A stretch of 63,988 bases of DNA, counting the filler, from Basidiobolus ranarum (Eukaryota): the NCBI GenBank assembly GCA_040143965.1. It is 3 parts of 3 records of this genome, joined end to end, with 100 filler letters (N's around TTAATTAATTAA, not from the genome) between each part and the next. Parts side by side here need not be neighbours in the genome. Positions count along the whole stretch, not along the records: positions 24,064 to 47,879 come from JASJQH010007036.1; positions 47,980 to 63,988 come from JASJQH010007233.1; 1 more part is not named here. One strand, 5' to 3'. The first letter of the stretch is position 1. Each line of letters begins with the position of its first letter. This document shows positions 38,401 through 50,911 of this stretch, one piece after another. Position numbers and translations under genes: made by a program. The notes beneath the pieces are model-generated. The model was not told the DNA's origin, ran no database searches, and saw only the letters and a list, made by a program, of their open reading frames with translations.

Positions 38401-39300
38401 ACGTCTTTCTGTACTTAACTCTGAAAGTCTGACTTTATTGTCCCAGCAATGCAATATTGTCGATTTCCTGGTGCAATGTACCAACATACTCTCATGGGAA
38501 GCTGGTGCATTGAGCAAGGAACATGAGATCAACCTAATGTTTGGCTTCCGAACTTTAGTCAATCTGTTTTCGAGTCCAGAGGGAAAGCAAATTGTGTTTG
38601 AACAAAGAAATCAAGTAACGATCGAGAAGTTGATATATATACGCTTTTATCATGTCAATTAATCGGGAATTTTGTTCATTTCTTCAGGTGGTTCCTTTCT
38701 TGACGGAAACCTACGCTAGACTCAGTACCAATAATGCACAGTTGGCCTTATCTACATTATATCTAAAGTAACACTATTTCATCTGGGAAGATATGTTCAA
38801 ACAACAGCATTAACCTCTGAACTTTACAGTTATGCTACATTGATGGCGGAACAACTTGATGAAGAATTTGTTCTTCAATTAATCTCCCCACTTTTGGAGG
38901 TTAGAATGGATATTTCGAAAAGAATTTCTTCCTCTTTTCAATTTACTAAACTTTTCTCTTCGTTATTAGTATTTACAAAGTAATATGCAACCTGAAAGTC
39001 TTTATCGAAATTTGGTTGCATTTGCTACTTTGGTAAGATTTCACAGCAATCTTTCGATAATTTGAATATCCCAGGTTAACTCCATTTTTATCACTTCTAT
39101 ATAGATTCATATCAGTCATACTGGTAAGGAAGCGGCTGTCATCATGGAAGCTAAACGGATTTTGAATAGTGTATCTAATCATTCAGAAATGAAAATTCGC
39201 AATATTACTGGTATGTTTAATTCATTTCTTTATACAAAATCTCATCATTCGTGTTAATTCTTTTTTCGAACCTTTAGCTCAAGTGTTAGCTATGATTTAA
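35500..39300 (+). CDS. DOA1: Doa1/Ufd3/PLAA (WD40, PFU, PUL) ubiquitin-Cdc48 cofactor, many introns
   Basis: LLGHELDVRAV, SASRDKTV, SGSWDKTAKVW, GHTSFVYS, YEGIEYDYVFDIDV...LKLPYNVTENPY, DPFTG repeats, WPLEIRFPGLDMLR. Confidence 0.93.
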
Positions 39301-39642
39301 AGTTGGAGATTCTTGTCATGAATGATAATTCTAAATACTAGTTTATCATCATACCTCCTCTCCTTCGCCTCCTTTCCCTTCCCTTCCCCTCCCCTCTCTT
39401 CGCTTACTATTCGTGAGAGTATTGTGACTTTCAATAAATTATTCTAATGGAATTACCAGTCATCTCAGTCCATCGAACCTGATGATTTGATTATTAGCAC
39501 CAACCGACATGTTGGCTGACGCATACCATAAGAGGTTATAATTGGTGGATGATTTTTGGGGTGGGAATAATAAGGTATTTATCTACGTAGAGTGGGATAG
39601 AACCAAGAGTTAGGCCTAGTAAAGTAAATCGTATTAAGAAGT

Positions 39643-41355
39643 ATGAATTTCATAGGTGTAGATGTTGGAACTGGTTCTGCTCGTGCAGTAGTAGTAGATA
39701 ATAAAGGAGAGATACTTGGGTCTGGTGGTTGTGAAATTACCACTTGGAACGAATCTACGGATTTTTATGAACAATCCTCGGAAAATATTTGGCATGCTTG
39801 TTGTAAAGCGGTAAAGCAAGCTTTGGAAGTGGCGAAAGTTAAACCGGATACTATTAAAGGGATAGGTTTTGACGCCACTTGTTCTTTAGTGGTACTTGAT
39901 GCTGAAGGAAACCCCATCTCTGTAACAACAGAGACTCCAGAGGACGACGATAGGAATATTATTTTATGGATGGACCACCGAGCAAAAGAACAAGCTCAAA
40001 GAATTACCGATACTAAGAGTGAAGTGTTGAAATTTTTGGGTGGTACTATGTCTTTAGAAATGGAGATACCAAAAATTCTATGGTTAAAAGAGAATAAACC
40101 AACTCAATTCAAGAAGATGTTCTTTTACGACCTTCCAGATTTTTTGACTCTCAAAGCTACTGGCTCTACTTCCCGCTCCACTTGTTCTTTAGTATGTAAG
40201 TGGACTTACATACCTCCGGAAATTGCCGATGAAACTCATTGCACCAAGCATGGTTGGGATGATAAGTTATTTGATGCAGTTGGCTTGACTGATTTGAAAA
40301 TGGATAATTACGCGCGTATTGGTGGTGTTCCTGGAACCAATGGATGTGTACTTACAGCTGGCGAAAAGGTGGGTGATTTAAGTGAAGAGGCGGCAAAACA
40401 ACTGGGATTAATCCCTGGCATCGCTGTTGGTTCTGCTGTAATTGATGCATATGCTGGATGGGTAGGAACTGTTGGTGCACCATTTAGTACACAACAAGAT
40501 GATACTATTGTCAACACTAAAATCGAAGAAGCCCCAAAGCGTCTTGCTTTAATTTGTGGCACTTCATCTTGTCACTTGGTCACTAGCCCATCAGCTATCT
40601 TTGTTCCAGGTGTTTGGGGACCATATTATTCTGCTTGTCTTCCTTCTATGTGGGTAGCTGAAGGTGGACAAAGTGCCACTGGGAAACTTATTGACTGGGT
40701 AATCGATAATCATGTAGCTTCTAGTGAGGCATACCAAGAAGCTAAATCTCAATCCATGGACATTTACCAATATCTCAATCATCGACTGGATCAGATTAAA
40801 GTGAAAAGAGGTGCTCCTAACTTAACTTCCCTCACTCAACATTTTCACATGATCGCTGATTTTCATGGTAATCGTTCACCTCTAGCAGATTCATCTCTTC
40901 GGGGGATGATTGTTGGTTTGGACCTTGACTATTTGGAAATAGATAGTCTCGCACTTCAATATTATGTCACCATGGAGGCCATTGCGTACAATACCAGACA
41001 GATTATTGAAGCCTTAAATCAAAGCGGTCATGAAGTGGATACTTTGTTTATGTCGGGCGGTTTATGTAAAAACCCAATCTTTGTACAACTTCATGCCGAC
41101 ATAACCGGATTCCCTGTAGTTTTACCCAAATACATTCATAGCGCAGTTGTACTTGGAGCCGCTATTCTAGGTGCCACAGCGTATGGCAGTGGTTACGATA
41201 GTCTATGGGACGCTATGACTAACATGAACAAAGCTGATAAAGTGATTCATCCCACACAAGATGAAAATATGCTGTCTATTCACCAACGCAAATATGAGGT
41301 CATGAAGCTTATGCAGCAACATCAAAAAGAGTACCAGAAAATCATGAATGCATGA
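39643..41355 (+). CDS. FGGY-family pentulose (D-ribulokinase-like) kinase, 570 aa, intronless
   Basis: GVDVGTGSARA, GIGFDATCSL, ILWMDHRA, IDAYAGWVG, ICGTSSCH, AEGGQSATG, DFHGNRSP. Confidence 0.93.
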   Translation: MNFIGVDVGTGSARAVVVDNKGEILGSGGCEITTWNESTDFYEQSSENIWHACCKAVKQALEVAKVKPDTIKGIGFDATCSLVVLDAEGNPISVTTETPEDDDRNIILWMDHRAKEQAQRITDTKSEVLKFLGGTMSLEMEIPKILWLKENKPTQFKKMFFYDLPDFLTLKATGSTSRSTCSLVCKWTYIPPEIADETHCTKHGWDDKLFDAVGLTDLKMDNYARIGGVPGTNGCVLTAGEKVGDLSEEAAKQLGLIPGIAVGSAVIDAYAGWVGTVGAPFSTQQDDTIVNTKIEEAPKRLALICGTSSCHLVTSPSAIFVPGVWGPYYSACLPSMWVAEGGQSATGKLIDWVIDNHVASSEAYQEAKSQSMDIYQYLNHRLDQIKVKRGAPNLTSLTQHFHMIADFHGNRSPLADSSLRGMIVGLDLDYLEIDSLALQYYVTMEAIAYNTRQIIEALNQSGHEVDTLFMSGGLCKNPIFVQLHADITGFPVVLPKYIHSAVVLGAAILGATAYGSGYDSLWDAMTNMNKADKVIHPTQDENMLSIHQRKYEVMKLMQQHQKEYQKIMNA

Positions 41356-41527
41356 GACTGTTTTCTTGAAAAAATTACTGACGAATACGAGATAATGAAA
41401 TAAATATGCACATTGCCTGGTAATCTTTTAAATAACTCTTGACACGAGATTTCTACTCTAATGAACCGATGATTTGTGAAGTGAGACTTAAGGTCAGCGT
41501 TCTTTCCCTTTTCAATTAAGAAAATGT

Positions 41528-42902
41528 TCAATAGATACGCAGGAAATCTGTGTAGGGGCGTGGGTTTGGGTTAATCTCGTACCCTAATGTTGCTAGCAGG
41601 TGAGTCAATTTTGGGCCTATTGGTCCGGTCAGATAGTCACCGCCCAAGCGGATATCTTGCAAAAGAGATTCTCCATGCATTTGAGTAAATCGCATCAGAA
41701 AGTCCGAAGTATTTGTATACATTTGATAATCAAAATGAGTGATAACAGAGCCAGGAATGAACGGCTTAAAAGAAGTCTCCAGGAATATATGGTCTGTTTG
41801 GCCAAATAGCATGTTTTTGGTCAAAAATACAATCGAATCTCTTGTGACGGCGATATTCTCCATCTGCTGCAACAATTGAAAGACTCTAGAGTTGTGGAGA
41901 GATGATAAGAAATCAGCCTCGTTACGGTAAAAGGAGCCTGGCTTAGTTTCCTGATTAAATGCTTGTGTGTGAAACGAAAGCGGCTCTAATGAGGGGAACT
42001 CCACTAGATGCTGATCAAAAGCACTCTCAAAGAAACCTCCAAAGATTAAACCCTCTTTGGTTTGGTTAAAAAGAGGCATTGGGGTTAATATTGGTGACTG
42101 GCTGTTGAAGTGGTTCATCCAGTCGGTACTAATACCAAACCCATGCATCATTTCGTGAATGACCGCGAAGAGGAAGTCATTCTGGGTTGAACTTATTGGA
42201 GCCTCATCATCCTATTTTTCATCAACACACATTAAGATTTCAGCACTTGAAGTCTCATATATATGGTTGGTCAGCACTAACCTCAAACCAGAAATTTACA
42301 TCGGAGTTAAAGAGAGCTACAATATCATCAGGGTTATATTCGGGATGGATCCTCAGCCCCTTTTGCTTCAATAGTGCTTGCGGGTACATCCTTATGTGAC
42401 CGTCTATGTCTTGATATGACAGCATTCTTGCAGGATTGGCGGCACCTTACAATTTAACTATCAATTCATGGATACTGATACAAATTTTTGTAAAATTAGT
42501 CTCACCTACCACACCAAATTCATTGCAACCAATTGTCAATTCTTTGCAAAAGGAGACGAAAGAGACATTCACAACCAGAGGATATCGGAGTGTTACAACA
42601 TTGGTTATCAAATCAAAAGCTTTGTTGAAGGAATCTTTTACTTTATCACACTTCTGTGCTTGGGAAGTGCAATGGAATGATAGTTTCATGGGTGCACTCT
42701 CCGGCTCAACGAGTGTGTACATCCTTTTCGAGTGTTGGGTTGCCAAGGCATCTACTAGGTTACATTCTTTAAGGATCTTGATACCTCTATAGAAAGGGTT
42801 GGGTTGGTCGAGGCAGAACTGTCCTTTAGTATATATCTCTGCCACTACATACCGGATAATAAGCAACCAGCAAAAAGAATTTGTGACGAGAAAGAGTAGC
42901 AT
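41528..42902 (-). CDS. Secreted HExxH zincin-like protein; introns 42446-42505 and 42212-42281
   Basis: Signal-like N-terminus; spliced frame ...GAANPAR...MYPQALLKQ...FNSDVNFWFE|DDE...FAVIHEMMHGFG...GSVITHFD...DFLMR...GPIGP...LATLGY. Confidence 0.8.
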
Positions 42903-43594
42903 GCTTAGTCTAGGGTATTACATCTTCTGGACACATTGATGCTATTGCTTATAAATGAATTTCTTAATGCGATTTTAAGCAGAGCATATGTTCCTACATC
43001 GAAACTTAATTTCCCGAAATGGATTTTTCTATCAAAAATGGTTATCAACATGCATATATTCAAGATTCTGGTGATCAACTTCTAATGAAGTAAGCATATG
43101 AGAAAACAACATCTCCTGACTTAAGCGCACGCTCCACTAATTTGGGGTTGAGGTCTAAACCCTAAGATCATCAAACACATGACTAACAGTCATTCTGGCA
43201 TTCTATCATAAGGTATTGGAAATCTGTTTACTGCATTGGATCAAGATGTGCATACATTCAATGCCTCTCAGTGATTCCTGAAGTAAGTGACCAGACTGCA
43301 GCTTCAGTTTTTCTGATCAATTTGTCTCTCTCTCTCTCTCCACGCAGACTGTGTGATAAGCCACGGGGTGTTCCTCAATCTATTGGATATCGTGCCGATA
43401 CTTAGATGCTGCTCTCATGTGGTTTCCATCGACAGCTGTTTAGTTGATTCCTTCTAGAACTTTATTATACATCACCCCTCATCAGTTGTAAATTAAAACA
43501 ATTGGCCAGGTACTTTATGTTTAGCGAAACTATATTATAAGCTCTCGATTTCTATTTAAGAGTGCTTTTTAGGCACAAGGTTTATTTGGAGAAG

Positions 43595-44800
43595 ATGTCA
43601 TCAGCATGGATAGTTACTACTGCTGGATGGCAGCCCGCAGAGAATCACCTTAAATCTCATCAGCGTATGTATGTAATGAAACTGACCTAGTACTTACAAA
43701 ACAAACAAGCTCGTGATTAATACATGAAGCGATTCCATTCCTTTTTCTTAAAGACTGGCACATTGCTACTGGGAAACTTTTGTGAGCTAAAGTACTCATC
43801 ACATCTTCCTCTCATAATTGGCCTGTTTACGGTTCAATTCCAGGTGGTTTCATAACCTGAACTCAGAAATGGACGCTAAGACGACGGGTACTTGAATTCA
43901 TTTTCATAATTTATCAAACCATCTGTGTATTTATTCTGACAAACCCGAACCTTTCGTTCCAAGATACTAATGTAGCTTTGACTAATCCTGGACAATCCAC
44001 TGAGGGAATCATGTGTGCCATTTGTTACGAATTGCCACGTAATTTTGGATTAATGGGTGAGCGTGGATAGAAGTGGTTTCTCTATTAAAGTATACTAATA
44101 TACAATCTAAGTTTCTTGTGATCATATCTTTTGTTTAGGTAACAAGGCCGCGTGAAAGATAAACAAATATAATGTGAACCGAGTTAACCACATGTATTCT
44201 GTAGGTTGTATCAGTATATGGAGACGTGAGGGTCACATACGAAATTTATCTGGGTTGAAAAGAAGAAGATTGTGTCCGGTCTGTCGTACCTACTCAGAAT
44301 TGGTAATAGAAACTCCGGTTTATGTGACGCATGGCCAGAAAAAAGACGAATTGATCAAGGAGCATGTTTATAAAATATCGCAGACACCTTGTCAATACTT
44401 CATAAAATCTCCACGCAATAACCGTCACTGTCCTTTTGGAGATTCTTGCTATTTTCAGCATCTTGAAGAGAATGGTTCCGTATATAGTTTTTCTGTGCGT
44501 GCACGTAACCGTGTTCGTAAGTTCTCCGCCTATGAACGTAATTTTGCCATCGCCAGACCAGCTGCTCAAAATATAAGTGGTAATGTTACGACACGACAAG
44601 AAGATAATTCGTTTTTAACATCCTTGGCAAACTTTTTTTCCTTTGCTCAAGACTCGAGTACTTCTCACGTAGAGGATAATATATCACGCCATGATGATGA
44701 TCTGGAGGAACTTTACTTGAGAGAAAACGTTACCTTTGATGTACAAAGTTTGGAATCTCCAGACGCCAATATGATATTTCTAATGAATGCAGATGTCTAA
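43595..44800 (+). CDS. Makorin-like C3HC4 RING plus CCCH zinc-finger protein (5 short introns)
   Basis: Spliced CAICYELPRNFGLMVSCDHIFCLGCISIWR...CPVCR followed by CQYF...CPFGDSCYFQH. Confidence 0.8.
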
Positions 44801-45356
44801 TTTGAACAAACTAAATTTCACTAAAGACCTATCCATTTTCTATTGTAAACAATTAAAATATGGAAGCAGCTAATTTGCAATAGGTTTTTGTGAAAGTAGT
44901 TTCAAGTGTATTGTGATTAGATATGTATGAATATATCGCTTAAACAACGCAATCAACATTGAAATCTTGTAACTAGCAACTAAGCCTAAATTCATATACT
45001 ATTTGAAGATATTTTACACTCAGTTCAATTATCACATCAACCCTTAAAAAAGGACCTAGATTGACATAAAGTTTGATTCTAATAAACTCTAGGCTTTCTC
45101 TTGAATACTCCATAGAACAATAAAATGATCCATATGGATGGCAATCGGAAATACCTATGGAATCCAAGAGGAATTGCGGCCAATAGTTGCCGCAATCAAG
45201 GGCTTCGATAAAACAAGCGAAATAAATGGAACCATCGTGCCTTTTCTTTTGAAGAAAAAGAATGAAAAGTCTAGACTAATACATGGTACAAATGTATATA
45301 AGAAAACTGGTGTGCCTCTATCGCTGAGTGTATATCATCTAATCTAATAGTTCACC

Positions 45357-45830
45357 ATGTTGGGCACGTTATCCATTATTCCAGTTGGAAGTAGTCCAAT
45401 GATAACTATAGCCTCGCAGGTGGTAGTTCGTCGATTTGCAAGTATCTTGGCCCCTTCAAGGTCCAAACAATCTCCCACCCAAAACCCACTACCTTTGGAA
45501 GTGATGCCTGACGCACTTCGTTTTATACTTCAACCAAGAGCTCTACCCAAAGTAGATAGCGTCACAGAGACAGAGTCTGACTCACAAAAGGGAATGCTAC
45601 AACAAGTGGATGATTTATTAGAATGCTCATCCCAGATTTTATCCCGCATTCAGGAGACTGCTCAAAAGAATCAAGATGAACGGGAAAACTTGATAATCTC
45701 GCTACATAAGGTGGCTGAAGAATCCGAAAGCAACAAAACTCAAATCAAAGAGTTAACAAAACGTTTAGAAAGGTACGAGACTAATCACAAACCTAGATTC
45801 CCGCGTATCAAAATGGCAGAAAAGAAATAA
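45357..45830 (+). CDS. Hypothetical protein with C-terminal coiled coil (start uncertain)
   Basis: 157-codon ORF with heptad-like QQVDDLLE...IKELTKRLERYE; no family recognised. Confidence 0.45.
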   Translation: MLGTLSIIPVGSSPMITIASQVVVRRFASILAPSRSKQSPTQNPLPLEVMPDALRFILQPRALPKVDSVTETESDSQKGMLQQVDDLLECSSQILSRIQETAQKNQDERENLIISLHKVAEESESNKTQIKELTKRLERYETNHKPRFPRIKMAEKK

Positions 45831-45937
45831 TTAGTGAAGGTATTTATTAATGTATAGGAACTGAATCAATAATTTTCAAAATAAACTTATTTAAATTATG
45901 ATTTATTGTTCAATGCTTAATCATGATTCGCCGACAA

Positions 45938-46797
45938 TCAGTTGTCTTTTCTTCTCCAGACACTGATCTTTTCCTTGCCCTCACGATTTGGGTGACTTTT
46001 GCAATCGTCAATCAATTCAAGGTCAAAGAATCGTTCTAGTGCTGACTTGTATGCAGGTATAGAAACTGTGAAAGGGGGACCACCTTCGCGTTCATCTAGT
46101 GGATACATCAAAGCAATCAGAACCCCTCCTGGCTTGATGATTTCTGCGTAGCGTTCACCCCATTGAGAGCGAATATCAGGATCGATAGCGCAAAAGAAGC
46201 TGAGAAAGAATTCAGTAAACAAGTTGCTTTAGCCCATGTAGCTCAACCACAACTTACGTATAGTCATAGGCAAATCCGAATTTAGTAGCAAAGTTATCCG
46301 TAAAGAAATTGCCCAGTTGAAAGACCGGCTTTTTACCGTTCTGAATTTTCTCTTCCCAATACTACAGGGATCGTTATTAACTATAAAAGAGATTCTTCGA
46401 AGAATAATAACACTTACTTTGTTGGCAATTTCAACAGCTGAGGGACTAATATCTAGGCCGATGACGTCTCTATCGTGAGAAGAAAAATAGGCCACATCAT
46501 ATCCCTATCGCGAAAAAAATTGGTAACTAGGTACTTGGGGCGAACGTCCAACATATATTTACCTTTCCACAACCAGGGACTATTCCCTTCCCTTCAGGTA
46601 ATTCGAATTTACGTTCCTCTAAGAGTTGAACTAGTGCAGGTGAAACTTCACCTCCATCCCAGCCAGTGGTTCCTTCTTTCCATAAACGATCCCAACCTGA
46701 AGTAAGAAAGCGTCAGAAGAGAATGTTTAAAAAGTCAAGTAAATGAAGAGACTATACGTTCAAATCGTTTCTCAAAATTTTCTTCAGCGTTAGACAT
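45938..46797 (-). CDS. SAM-dependent thiol/halide methyltransferase (TPMT/HOL-like), 4 introns
   Basis: Spliced WDRLWKEGTTGWD...SPAL, VPGCGKGYDV, GLDISPSAV, YDYTFFCAI, LIALMYP...GGPPF. Confidence 0.9.
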
Positions 46798-47713
46798 TGT
46801 GGTTTATAGAGTAATCAAGTAAACATTGAATGTACATGATGGTTGGATTTTATAGTAATGATATTTTGTGACTTACTAATGTGCGACGTCAACCTACGAG
46901 CATTAGTAATACTTCCTAATAGCCTACTCTGTATGGTGCATCGAGATTATGAGTATTATGGAGAATTGCGGATGCTGGACACCAATGATATAGCTGAAGT
47001 TGATTGGTTACTGAGTCGTGGTTGTGGTGACGTTTTTGTTGATTTCTGCATTGGAGGAGCTTGATCTAATGTATTAGCTAAATTCGAAGTATTCACATTC
47101 AATTAGGAACGGGTGTTACCATTACTCAATAAATATAGCTTTGTCAGCTCAGTATTCTCCGATTTTAATCCCAAATTTGGTCATCACGGATATTTCCATT
47201 ATCCCGAAGATACAACTTCAATCTTGACCACGTTTCTTTTGCTCATTGAAATTGGCCTTATATCAAAGAACTTCAAATAGGTGTCATAGTGGGTTGTTGA
47301 TTTGTTACTAGAGAATTCTGTATCTGTATTTATATTCTTTGATATTTGAATTACAAGTCATCCTGAACATAGTTTCACATCAATTTAATTCTGGTAACCA
47401 TTTCGAAATCAGTATAGTAATCAACAAAATAATTTTAGGAACATGAACTTCAGTTACTGATGTCTAGGAGAGGTAATACTTGGTATTTGGAATCTGTTAC
47501 TACTGCAAAATTCCTGACTGGGAGAAGACAATTCTGTGACTCTCTATTTTATGAAATCCTTGTAAATCAATTGGGCTAAATATGGAGTACACAAATGAAG
47601 ATATTTCTTTTACAATTATTTTAAACTTTCTTTATATATGTTAGGCAGGTCAATCATGTACTCTCAAATCATATGCCAAGAGAACCTTTTAAGAATAGTG
47701 TAGGGGAAGGAAA

Positions 47714-47879
47714 TGTTGAAATTAGCATTGCCTAAACACCTATATAGTCATATATAGCTTAGTACTTGGTTATCTTATAATTCACTAAGATATTATCAAT
47801 TATTCTCAATTGGAATTTACTTAGAAGTTCTCAGATATATAGATTTTTCAAACTTGTGCTAGAAGCCCCAAACTTTGCA
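47714..47879 (+). mobile_element. Partial LTR of the main copia family, opposite orientation, cut by gap
   Basis: TGTTGAAATTAGCATTGCCTAAACAC... is the reverse complement of the family LTR end. Confidence 0.88.
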
Positions 47880-47979
47880 NNNNNNNNNNNNNNNNNNNNN
47901 NNNNNNNNNNNNNNNNNNNNNNNTTAATTAATTAANNNNNNNNNNNNNNNNNNNNNNNNNNNNNNNNNNNNNNNNNNNN
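47880..47979. other. Assembly gap (100 bp) with TTAATTAATTAA spacer
   Basis: N-run, same construct as at 23964. Confidence 0.98.
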
Positions 47980-49415
47980 GACACCAGATTGCCAGGAAGG
48001 GATGGCACAGTAGATATGATGTCATAATCTAATAATAAAAGAGTTCCATATGAAGTGAATCAGTATGCCAAGATCAGAATCATGACACTAACCTTTTTAT
48101 ATATGCTTGTATATAAATGCTGATATATTATATGAAACTGAATTTTGTCTAGTGCAGTGACCAAATATTTCAATTAAACAGGAAGTGAGCTATATGTTTT
48201 CACTAGAAAAAGTGTACATCATATTTCTATACCCATAGCCATGCCCATATTACATTATCAAAAGGCCAAAATGAATTTTGATTTGTTATGGCATTTTACT
48301 TACAGCAGTTTAGTCTGCATAGTTGATTGATATTCAAACTAATATTGCATGTCTGACATCAAATGGCAAGTAATAGATACCTATTTCATAATGCCACTGT
48401 ACTTCTGAGTACCAATCTGAGGTAAACCAGTTTTTTCTATTAACTGAAAGGCAACTAATGTGGTATCAAAGAGTGAAGATTCATATTCTCCAGACCAATG
48501 ACTGAAAATGTGATTTATCATATATATTTGGATTATATCAGCAAATTTCAGATATACCAAGATGAGATAGATATATTCTAGCCTATAAAAGTTCTTCAAA
48601 ATCTATCTTTGACTTTTCAAATACCCTGAGAGCACACCCCTAGCATACCTTCTCAAAACTACCAGTACAGGTATATATTCCTACTTAATTCAATTAACAA
48701 AACTTCTAAATCATCTATTTCTTCCAATAGTTCAGCTGACTGTGGTTAATTCTTCCTTATTAAACAGCTTGGATAACACTAGGCATGGCATATATAACAT
48801 AATCATGAAAGCCTTATATCTAAAACCCCTCTAATCTTATTTAAATATTGCTATATCTATATATGTAGTGTGACAAAGTGCCCTTCTTTTCTATTGTGTC
48901 TCTGAAGCAAGCTCCAGAATATTTAGAGCAATAACATACATTGGGAAATATAAGTTACTGTGTTGAGCTAAGAATAAGATATGCCAAAAGTAGTGTAAGT
49001 TTCTTCTAAACACAAAGGATATTCACACTGCAAACTGATTGCAAAATTGAAATTTCCATTTGATCTCAATTACCTATCACAGAACAATTGTTACATTACT
49101 CTTTATTCTTTTTAGTAAATATATCCCGTTATGAGCAGCTACTTGTCATGATCTAATTATATTATGCTTCCAAATATGAAATTTCACATGAAAAACCTAA
49201 GAGTACTCTGTGCCACAGTGTATCAGATTTTTTTACAGTTGAGACTTATATCAGTGTATATCTATACTGCATGTATCTCATGCCAGAATACTGGTGTACA
49301 CCTGCACACAATTGTTCCAGTGAACATTTATATTATATACTGAAAAATACTTTGACTTTTATTCTTAAGTATCTTGTAGCCAGATGTAATTTTACATAGA
49401 GTAAGTTGCAATATT

Positions 49416-50064
49416 TGTTAAACTATTTTGGGAGCCTGTTTGAAGCGGTTTGGAGAAATATAGAAATTAGTGATTTTCACTTATTGATTTAGTGAGCAGA
49501 AAGTTTTTTGGTGGATCTTGCAATATTGGGATAGATTTTGGATATTAGAGGCAACTGATGATAGTGTTTTAGTTACTTCATTCTTAAGTGAATATGATGA
49601 CTTATATAGCAAAGAGGTAGGTCAATGGTCCGAGATATTTAGGAGTTTGTGTAATAAGATATAATAGATAAGTGAGGGTAATAAGACATACTTGTTATAT
49701 AGATATAGAGATATTGCTAATTAGAATATAGGGGCAACAGATATGTTGCTTTCTGATTCTGATATATGTAACATAACTAAAGTTAACTAAGATTGTGAAT
49801 AAAGATTACTTATCCAACAAAGTTAACACTTATAATTGGGTTGTGATATATGCAAACTAACATGTAGACTGTATAAAGGAAGATTCCAGGAACATGCATA
49901 CATTGCTTGAGGTTTCTAGAACAAGTTTAAAAGATCTATATATCTGAGAACTTCTAGGTAAATTCCTCATGAGAATAATGGGTTGTATCTTAGTTCAATA
50001 TAGGGTAACTAAAGACTAAGCTATATATGACTTTGTAGGTGATTAGGCAATGCTAATTTCAGCA
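49416..50064 (-). mobile_element. Solo LTR of the main copia family, split by a second solo LTR
   Basis: TGTTAAAC...GAGCAGAAAGTT (49416-49505) resumes after 49824 and runs to TTTCAGCA; no PBS or PPT adjacent. Confidence 0.85.
49506..49819 (+). mobile_element. Solo LTR of a second family (314 bp) with 5-bp TSD AAGTT
   Basis: Ends TTTTGG (decayed TGTTGG)...CCAACA; AAGTT at 49501-49505 and 49820-49824; AATAAA near the right end. Confidence 0.8.
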
Positions 50065-50911
50065 GGTTAAGTGATGATATCTTACAATATGCTCTTCTAA
50101 TATATTCCAGGTCAGTGACCTGTAGTCACATGGAGGTATATTGTGTATCAAGCTGTAGGAATATGGCATCTACTCATAGCATTATATGGTTTATTATATT
50201 GAGCTATCATAACTTTGTATGTCTCATATTTACCCTGGGTAACAAAATAATAACTAACTTTGATTTATCCAGTAAGCTGAATACAAACGAATATTCTATT
50301 GAGTATATAAAAGTATCCATGAATACACAATATATGATAGATTTGGAGCTTTGGGTTGTTTGGTATAGAGACCAACAGAAAAGAAATTTTACTTGAATAT
50401 TTTTGACATATTCATTTCTAATAACTAAGGTGGGATTATAAAAGAAAGAAATATCATGAAAATTAACTAATACAGTTTCAATCAAACTTTTTGAATACTT
50501 TCTATCCGGAATATAGGTGCGAAACTGACATTCCAGTGGGATGTTATATAAAATTCTTTGGTGTTGATGTTCGTGAGTTTTGAACTGCTCAGTATAACTA
50601 ATAGGAAGATAATCGGAAAAATAAGTTGTTTAAAGTTGAGTCAATAATAACCAAAACAACAAATTCTGTAAGTAATAGGTAGATCCAATATAAGAATGTA
50701 TTGTTGGCGAAGGTATTTGTTGGGTATTTTAGTAATATAAATAAAAATGAAGAGAATAAATGAGTAACCGTGCCAAGGAGCTGGAGTAAGCTATAAAATA
50801 TTGATATCTCTGAAATGAATTTAAAGATAAGGAGGATCTAAGTAGTGTGTGATAACGCTCTTGAGGTTAGTTTCCCCTTGGCATTTATCACTGGTGTGTT
50901 CACTTAAGGAA

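Noticed and set aside
39479..39519. TGATGA...CTGA pair resembling snoRNA boxes C and D
   Set aside because: Only about 40 nt apart with no terminal stem or evident rRNA guide.
46953..47362. Possible decayed minus-strand gene (exon-like 47120-47362, intron-like 47066-47119)
   Set aside because: Four stops in 81 codons is about what random AT-rich DNA gives, and no homology is recognisable; unresolved without TBLASTX.
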